NCBI GenBank assembly: GCA_963822965.1
Contig: CAWGJT010000005.1
Coordinates: 352,001-416,000, forward strand
Length of the DNA stretch: 64,000 bases
Reading direction: 5' to 3'
Source of the DNA: an uncultured delta proteobacterium
Lineage (GTDB): Bacteria; Myxococcota_A; UBA9160; UBA4427
Shown here piece after piece: positions 57,438-64,000 of the stretch. The notes beneath the pieces are model-generated. The model saw only the letters and a list, made by a program, of their open reading frames with translations. It was not told the origin of the DNA and ran no database searches. A program made the position numbers and the translations under genes. Numbering within the stretch: the first letter of the stretch is position 1; the number at the start of each line of letters is the position of its first letter.

Positions 57438-57562
57438 GCCCCTCAAGCACGAGTAGGCCCCTCAAGCACGAGTAGGCCCCTCAAGCACGAGTAGGCCCCT
57501 CGAGCACGAAGAGGCCCGATCCCGCTCGAGCACGAGCAGTGCCGATCTCGAGCACGAGCAGG
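57423..57562. repeat. 19-bp tandem echo of the speA 3' end (4 exact plus 3 degenerate copies)
   Basis: CTCAAGCACGAGTAGGCCC at 57423, 57442, 57461 and 57480; CTCGAGCACGA variants at 57499, 57525 and 57547. Confidence 0.95.
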
Positions 57563-57618
57563 ATTCATCGCAGGCGCGAACGGGACTCGAGCAGGGCTCG
57601 TCCGGGGGAGCGGAAGGT

Positions 57619-58429
57619 TTGGGAAGCGCAGAGGTCCGCGTCCTCTCCTGGAACGTGAACGGCATCCGCGCCGTCGCGAGCCGGGGCTTCGGCCGCTGGC
57701 TCGGACGGAGCGGCGCCCACATCGTGGGCATCCAGGAGCTGCGCGCGCATCCCGAAGACCTGCCCCCGGCGCTCTCGCCGGAGCGGCTCGCCGGACGCTG
57801 GCACGCCCACTACAGCCCGGCCGAGCGCAAGGGCTACAGCGGCGTCGCCCTCTACTCCCGCCGGCCGCCGGACGCCCTCGACACCTCCCTGGGCGCTCCT
57901 CGCTTCGACCGGGAGGGGAGGCTGCAGATCGCCCGCTTCGGCCGTCTGGTGGTGGCGAACGGCTACTTCCCGAACGGCAACGGCAAGGAGCGCGACAACA
58001 GCCGCGTCCCCTACAAGCTGGCCTTCTACCGGGCGCTCTTCGACAAGCTCGAGCGCCTCCGGCGCGGCGGCTATCGCGTCCTCGTGATGGGCGACTTCAA
58101 CACGGCCCACACCGAGATCGACCTCGCCCGGCCGAAGGACAACCGCAAGACCAGCGGCTTCCTGCCCGTCGAGCGCGCCGAGCTCGACCGCTGGATCGCA
58201 GGCGGGCTGGGTGGACAGCTTCCGGCACTTCGAGCCGGGGCCGGGGCACTACTCCTGGTGGAGTCAGCGTCAGGGCGCCCGGGAGCGGAACGTCGGCTGG
58301 CGCATCGACTACGTGCTGGCGAGCCCCGCCGCCATGAAGTTCGTCCGGCGCGCCTTCATCCAGCACCGCACCCGGGGCTCGGACCACTGCCCCGTCGGCG
58401 TCGACCTCGACCCCGCCGTCTTCGGATGA
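57619..58429 (+). CDS. xth: Exodeoxyribonuclease III / AP endonuclease (frameshift near 58205)
   Basis: SWNVNGIRA, IQE, KGYSGV, YFPNG, GDFNTAH, GWRIDY, GSDHCP. Confidence 0.95.
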
Positions 58430-58592
58430 GCGGCGAATCCTCCGGATTCGCGGCTTCCGAGGCGGACCCGAAACTTCGGACTCCGGGCGGGCCGCGGCGG
58501 CACCGACCTCCAGCCCGCCGTCTTCGACCAGCGGCGGCCAGCGACGATCGGAGGGCCTGGCGCGGCACCACCAGCCGCTACCATCCCGCGCC

Positions 58593-59492
58593 ATGCACGT
58601 CCGCGAGCTGTTCCAACAGGGCAGGACCGCCTGGTCCTTCGAGTTCTTCCCGCCGAAGACCCGGAAGGGGGCCGAGTCCCTCTTCCAGGCCATCGAGAAG
58701 CTCGAGGCCCTGCACCCCGACTTCGTCTCCGTCACCTACGGGGCCGGCGGGTCCACGCGCGACCTCACCCACGACCTGGTCCTGCGGATCAAGACGACCA
58801 CCCGCCTCGAGCCCATCCCCCACCTCACCTGCGTGCTCCACCGCGAGGACGAGGTCCAGGAGATCCTCGAGCGCTACGCCGCGGCGGGGGTGGGCAACAT
58901 CATGGCCCTGGGCGGGGACCCGCCCAAGGACCACGCGGGCTACGACCGCGCGGCCGACGCCTTCCAGCACGCCGCCGACCTGGTGCGCTTCATCCGCCGC
59001 TTCAACGAGCGCGGGCTCCACCCGCACGCCCCAGGCTTCGGAATCGGCGTCGCCGGCTTTCCGGAAGGACATCCCGCCACCCCCAACCGGCTGGTCGAGA
59101 TGGACCACCTGAAGGCCAAGGTGGACGCCGGGGCGGACTACATCTGCACCCAGCTCTTCTTCGACAACCGCGACTTCGACGACTTCCGCGAGCGCTGCGA
59201 GATCGCGGGGATCCGCATCCCGATCGTGGCGGGCATCATGCCCGTCACCACCCTCTCGGGCATGAAGCGCATGGCCGAGCTGGCCCTGGGCGCCCGCTTC
59301 CCGGCCGCCCTGCAACGCGCCGTGGCGCGCTGCGCCGACGACGCCGGCGTGGAGCGGGTGGGCGCGCACTGGGCGAGCGAGCAGTGCCGCGACCTGCTCG
59401 ACCACGGCGTCGCGGGCATCCACCTCTACACGCTGAACCGCTCGGACGCGGCCCTCGAGATCTACCGCAACCTGGGTCTCGCGAGCGCGTAG
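58593..59492 (+). CDS. metF: 5,10-methylenetetrahydrofolate reductase
   Basis: SFEFFPPK, SVTYGAGG, PHLTC, FPEGHP, TQLFFD, HLYTLN. Confidence 0.96.
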   Translation: MHVRELFQQGRTAWSFEFFPPKTRKGAESLFQAIEKLEALHPDFVSVTYGAGGSTRDLTHDLVLRIKTTTRLEPIPHLTCVLHREDEVQEILERYAAAGVGNIMALGGDPPKDHAGYDRAADAFQHAADLVRFIRRFNERGLHPHAPGFGIGVAGFPEGHPATPNRLVEMDHLKAKVDAGADYICTQLFFDNRDFDDFRERCEIAGIRIPIVAGIMPVTTLSGMKRMAELALGARFPAALQRAVARCADDAGVERVGAHWASEQCRDLLDHGVAGIHLYTLNRSDAALEIYRNLGLASA

Positions 59493-59543
59493 CCGGCTAG
59501 CGCGGGACCCCGGACCCGGGCCCGTCCCCGGAGCGCGTCCGGG

Positions 59544-62500
59544 TCAGAAGGTGTAACGCACCCGCGCCCACACCTCGTCCCGGTCGCGCACGATGGCGAG
59601 GCCGCCCTCGCGCAGCGACTTGTAGAGGGCGTCCGGGGCGGCCTCGTTGCGGTTGGCCGCGGGGGCCACGCCCGCGAGCTGCTCGTCGATGTAGTCGGGC
59701 TTGCCGTAGAAGAACGCCAGGCCCACGGCGGCCGAGAAGTTCTCGGTGAAGCGGTAGCTGATGCTCGGAAGCAGCGCGCCCGACTGGGTGTTGAAGTCGT
59801 AGACCGTGGTCAGGCTCGGGGTGAGCCGGTCCTGGAAGTAGCCCGTGGCCACCGCGAAGGTGGTGAGGAAGCTCCAGGGGCCCTCGTCCGTGTAGCCCTT
59901 CTGCCAGCCCTGGCGGTAGCGCATGAACATCTGCCAGTTGAAGAAGAAGGTGCGGTTCGCATTGAGGAAGTTGATGAAGGTGGGCCGGTCGACGGAGAGC
60001 GTCAGGTTGAAGTCGTTCGCGGTGTCGAGGTCGTCGTACTGGTTCCGGTTGGCGACCTGCACGCCCTCGATCCACGTGAACTCCATGCTGAAGTTCGCCT
60101 TCGAAATGTCCTCCGCGAAGTCCATGGAGAAGCCCAGCACGTTGCGCTTGTTGTAGGTGAGGATCGCTTCGCCGCCGGACTGCCAGGCCATGGTGCGCCG
60201 CCCCTCGGTGCCGTTGCCACCCGCCTTGCGGACGTTGCGCTGGAGCCCGATGGTGCCCTGCAGGGTGCGGAAGGTCTCGCACAGCGCGGGGTTCGCGAAG
60301 CTGCAGTTGTCGGGGTCGAGGAAGACCTGCCGGGCCTGCTCGTAGGGCGAGAGGGAGCAGAAGGCCGGGCTCGAGTCGACGGCGCAGTCCGCCACCATCT
60401 CGTCGTAGACCGCCTGCTGCTCGAGCTGGATGATCAGCACCATCAGGTTCCAGGAGACGGCCGCCATCTCGCTCGACCAGGGCTGCCCGGTCATGGGGTG
60501 ACCGCCGCGCGCGCAGGGGACGAACTGGGCGCCTCCGTACTCCGCGACGAGGGCGGCGGGGTAGTTGCTCGTGTCGCAGCTGTCGAAGGCGAGGCCGGCG
60601 GCACGGGCCGGGCTGCCGGCGGTCCCCTGGGTGCCGAAGATGGCCTGGACGGTGAGCGGGAAAGGCGACGGCGCGTAGAAGAAGTCGGGCGCCTGGATCT
60701 GCGTGCCCCCGATGTCCCGGGGCGGGGGCAGGAAGACGGTTCGGCCCTGCGGGAAGTTGTTCCCGGAGTAGTTCAGGTTCTGCATGCCCAGGTTGTCGGG
60801 AGAGCCGTCCTGGGCGAGATCGTAGCTGCGGGGGTCCACGCGGGCGCTGCCGAAGTCGCCGAGCCCGGTGCAGCCGGCGGTCACCGTGTTGCCGCCGTTG
60901 GCGGCGCGCTCGCGCGCGCAGTCGAGGTCCTTGCCGTAGAGGTTGAGGGCCAGGATCTGGTTGGCGCCCGCGAAGGCGGGATCATTCGGGTCGCGCTTCC
61001 ACTTGCGCCGGCAGCCCGGCAGGATGGCCTGGTTGCCGTTGGCGTCGTCGTTCTCGAGCGGGTCGCTCGAGTAGGCGTACAGGGCGCCGCCGAAGTTGCC
61101 CGTGGTGCACACGGGCGAGATCGAGTGCTCGCGGGTGCGGTCGAAGTACCAGCCGCGGGTGCCCGGCTGCTGGGCGAAGACCTGGCCGCCGGTGACCGGG
61201 CTCGTCACCCGCTCGTTCGTGTGCCAGATGGTCGTGATGTCGCCGTGCTGGACGGTGCCCTCGATGCCCGGCCAGGACTGGTAGAGGGCGCTGCCCTCGG
61301 CGGTCAGCAGGTCGATGCCGGCGTCGTCGCACTGGGTGCCCCAGTAGGGCCCGCAGCCCAGCAACGCCTCCTGGGCGGGGGACAGGTTGCCGCCCAGGGT
61401 CTGGGAGACCCGCAGGCTGCCCGAGGAGTCGTAGGCGCTGATGACCGGCGAGCCCAGCAGGCCGCGGCCCTGGCCGCCGCAGGCCACCGACGGGAAGTTG
61501 TCCGCCGGGTCGGCGTCGTAGGCGTCCGCGTCGTACATGCAGGGCGAGGTGGAGCCGTTGGTGGGGGGATTGTCGAGATCGTTGGGGTCCACGTTGAGGC
61601 GCACGAACGGGAAGAGGAAGCCCCCCGCCGACCCGCCCTGCGTGTTGTTCACGAACGGGCTGCCCGCCAGCAGGGCGCCCAGGCCCTGGGAGATCGTGAT
61701 CACGCCGGGGATCACCTCCTCCTGGCTGCCGAAGACGTTGAGCCCGCAGGCCGAGCGGTCGAGGTCCGAGAAGCCCACGGTGGTGGCGCACGTGTAGGCG
61801 AAGATCTGCTGGGCGACCGCGGAGTGGGTGAGGCCCTCGAGCTCGCTGCCCAGATCGAGGAAGCCGTCCCCGTCCACGTCCTCGCCTGGATCGAGCACGC
61901 CGTTGCCGTTCAGGTCCTCGTAGACGTTGCGCGTGCTGATGCTGCCGTCGCCGTCGAGGTCTCCCTTGGGCAGCAGGCAGGGCGACTCGAGGCCGGTCAG
62001 GCAGCGGCCCTGGGTGCCCACCTGCTCGATGTTGGTGACGGGCTGCCCGGTGTACGGGTCGACGCTGGGCCGCCGCGTGCGCAGGTTGCTGAAGATCTCC
62101 CGCGGGCGGCCCGACACGGGATCGACGTTGCGCGTGTAGGTCGTGATCTTCGTGACGGTGGGCACGTCCTCGTAGCCCCACCAGTCCATCAGCGCGAAGC
62201 TGAAGCGGTCGTAGCGCCACTCGAGCCGGGCACCCACCTCCCAGCCCTTGAGGCTCTCCCACGGCGAGGGGGGCTTCTCGACGCCGGCGATGCCGAAGCC
62301 GAACACGCCGTGGGCGAAGCCGCCGAAGGTGAGCTGGCACGTGACGTTGGGCGCGTAGGGCTCGCCGCAGGCGCCGATGTCCGTCTGCTGGTAATCGTCG
62401 AAGTTGAACGCCAGCTCGAGACGCACGTCGTCGATGGGGCCCACCTCGTAGAATGCCCACACGCCCCGCGCCGACCACAGGGCGATGCGCGACTCCTCGA

Positions 62501-63827
62501 GGCTCGGCAGCGACGCGATCGCGGCGTCGGTCGGGTTGAACTGGTCCGTGGTGCGGAAGAGCTCGGTCTTGCCCCAGACGATCTGCTGGCGCCCGATGCG
62601 CAGCCACAGCCGGTTGTCGAAGGTCTCGATGTCGAGATAGGCCTCCTTCAGCTCCTTCTCGTCCTGCTGGGAGGCGCCGCGGTTCCACTCGCGCCGGGCC
62701 TGGCTGATGTTGTAGTCGTTCTCGAAGGGCGAGACGTTTCCGCTCTCCAGGGCGCGCCCCAGCGTGTAGGAGGGCAGGTAGATGCCGCGCGGGTCGCTGG
62801 CCGCGCCCGCCTGGTCCACCCCCGCGCCGTCCTCGCGGAAGAGCGGGACCGGCCGATAGGGAAGCTCGCCCGCCCCCACCGCCGCCTGGCCCGCGGCCGT
62901 CGCCGCGACGACCAGGGCGTCCAGGGCCACCGGGTCCACGGGCGTGCCGTCGGGGTTGAACTGGGGGTCCGCCTCCAGGATCAGCCCGTTGTACACCGAC
63001 GCCTGCAGCGCGTAGCTGCCGGTGCGGTTGTCGAAGGGGTTGCCCACGCTCGCCCCGGGGCCGTTCGACAGGAACTGGTTCTTCGGCAGCCACGGGCCGA
63101 ACCCGGCCTGCCGGGCGGGCGCCGCGAAGCGGAAGTCGAAGTAGCCGCCCGCGCGGGCGATGGCCTCGTAGGGGTTGTCGTTGTCGGGCCAGATCGAGGA
63201 GACCGCGCTGCCGCCGGCCAGGTAGTTGCACAGGGTCCCGAGGTCGCAGGTCTCGACGGGGCTGAAGCCGTCGGCGCCGGCGCCGTTGGCGAAGATGGCG
63301 AGCACGGGGTCGTTGGGGCCGGCGAGGGGATCCCGGTTGGTGCCGCGTCCCTCGACGAAGTTCAGGTACTGGTCGGGCAGCTCGGGATCGTTGGCGACCC
63401 GGATGCGGCCGCTCTGGCGAACGCGGTTGGAATTGAGCAGCCGCCGGGGCAGGCTCTTCGAGCGGTCTCCGTAGAGATCCATGCTGCGGAACATCCCGCA
63501 GCCGCGGGAGTAGATGCAGTCGTAGCGCACCTCGGCGCGCACGTAGGCGGACATCAGGTCGATGGGACCGACGGTGTCCTGGACGAGGTCGAGCTCCAGC
63601 TCGAGGTTGAAGATCATCCACCACTGGGAGACGTCCCACTGCTCGGAGAAGTCGGCGTTGAGCGCGCGGAACTGGCTCTCGAAGAAGCCGTTGGCCTGCA
63701 GCCGCCCGTTGAACGCCTCGAAGGCCTGCGCCCGGGAGCCTGCCAGCAGCAACGGCGCGACGCAGAGGACGAGCCCCCACGCCGCGAACCTCTCGACGCC
63801 CCACCGAGAAGAACGTCCCCGAGCCAT
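59544..63827 (-). CDS. Giant DUF1302-like outer-membrane protein, 1427 aa; paralog of 46309-51453
   Basis: Intact ORF; signal peptide RAQA-FEAF; same conserved blocks as the paralog (KTELFRTTDQFNP, KRNVLGF, GYFQDRL); C-terminal RYTF. Confidence 0.8.
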   Translation of the reverse strand: MARGRSSRWGVERFAAWGLVLCVAPLLLAGSRAQAFEAFNGRLQANGFFESQFRALNADFSEQWDVSQWWMIFNLELELDLVQDTVGPIDLMSAYVRAEVRYDCIYSRGCGMFRSMDLYGDRSKSLPRRLLNSNRVRQSGRIRVANDPELPDQYLNFVEGRGTNRDPLAGPNDPVLAIFANGAGADGFSPVETCDLGTLCNYLAGGSAVSSIWPDNDNPYEAIARAGGYFDFRFAAPARQAGFGPWLPKNQFLSNGPGASVGNPFDNRTGSYALQASVYNGLILEADPQFNPDGTPVDPVALDALVVAATAAGQAAVGAGELPYRPVPLFREDGAGVDQAGAASDPRGIYLPSYTLGRALESGNVSPFENDYNISQARREWNRGASQQDEKELKEAYLDIETFDNRLWLRIGRQQIVWGKTELFRTTDQFNPTDAAIASLPSLEESRIALWSARGVWAFYEVGPIDDVRLELAFNFDDYQQTDIGACGEPYAPNVTCQLTFGGFAHGVFGFGIAGVEKPPSPWESLKGWEVGARLEWRYDRFSFALMDWWGYEDVPTVTKITTYTRNVDPVSGRPREIFSNLRTRRPSVDPYTGQPVTNIEQVGTQGRCLTGLESPCLLPKGDLDGDGSISTRNVYEDLNGNGVLDPGEDVDGDGFLDLGSELEGLTHSAVAQQIFAYTCATTVGFSDLDRSACGLNVFGSQEEVIPGVITISQGLGALLAGSPFVNNTQGGSAGGFLFPFVRLNVDPNDLDNPPTNGSTSPCMYDADAYDADPADNFPSVACGGQGRGLLGSPVISAYDSSGSLRVSQTLGGNLSPAQEALLGCGPYWGTQCDDAGIDLLTAEGSALYQSWPGIEGTVQHGDITTIWHTNERVTSPVTGGQVFAQQPGTRGWYFDRTREHSISPVCTTGNFGGALYAYSSDPLENDDANGNQAILPGCRRKWKRDPNDPAFAGANQILALNLYGKDLDCARERAANGGNTVTAGCTGLGDFGSARVDPRSYDLAQDGSPDNLGMQNLNYSGNNFPQGRTVFLPPPRDIGGTQIQAPDFFYAPSPFPLTVQAIFGTQGTAGSPARAAGLAFDSCDTSNYPAALVAEYGGAQFVPCARGGHPMTGQPWSSEMAAVSWNLMVLIIQLEQQAVYDEMVADCAVDSSPAFCSLSPYEQARQVFLDPDNCSFANPALCETFRTLQGTIGLQRNVRKAGGNGTEGRRTMAWQSGGEAILTYNKRNVLGFSMDFAEDISKANFSMEFTWIEGVQVANRNQYDDLDTANDFNLTLSVDRPTFINFLNANRTFFFNWQMFMRYRQGWQKGYTDEGPWSFLTTFAVATGYFQDRLTPSLTTVYDFNTQSGALLPSISYRFTENFSAAVGLAFFYGKPDYIDEQLAGVAPAANRNEAAPDALYKSLREGGLAIVRDRDEVWARVRYTF

Positions 63828-64000
63828 TTGATCTCCTCTTCCCAGATGGCTCGCCAGACGACCTGGCGCACGGCCGGAGTCGCAAGGCGATTGCGGGACG
63901 CGCGCTGGCGCGGACCGCGGCGTTTTGCCCGACCTATGCGATCTCCGGCTCCTCCCGGTGCGGGAACCGCAGCGCGGGCGCTGCGCCGGATCGGCGCACG

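Noticed and set aside
57423..57562. CRISPR array or replication iterons
   Set aside because: The 19-bp unit is the last codons and stop of speA repeated head to tail; there are no spacers and no rep gene.

Overview
A GC-rich bacterial chromosomal segment, most likely Myxococcota, inferred from an mglB-mglA pair, KDO synthesis and alternative complex III. It is mostly housekeeping: mglBA; priA-def-fmt-rsmB-rpe; a LolA-like gene facing an MMPL/RND gene; tRNA-Pro and tRNA-Asn; greA; trkA; a tandem ABC exporter pair; PPi-type PFK; kdsB; purU; a rhomboid protease; an actABCDEF operon; a FadE24/FadE23-like acyl-CoA dehydrogenase pair; a PAC2-family gene; a two-component system; hisS; speA; xth and metF. 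Many essential genes carry single-base frameshifts, which I read as long-read consensus errors, so the boundaries of those genes were rebuilt by eye. No integrase, transposase, phage gene or CRISPR array was seen. The main leads are: (1) a ~300-nt structured intergenic element at 27.34-27.65 kb with its own sigma70-like promoter, which presents a perfect Shine-Dalgarno sequence and mini-ORFs in a loop and is a candidate undescribed RNA; (2) two giant (about 1430 and 1700 aa) paralogous DUF1302-like outer-membrane proteins with a conserved scaffold and swapped Cys-rich, Ca-motif insertions, near a DUF1329-like protein and an FG-GAP lipoprotein; (3) recurrent tandem echoes of gene ends and starts in intergenic DNA; (4) two probable pseudoenzymes and atypical ActA/ActB subunits. 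All family calls come from motif recognition; no database searches were run.
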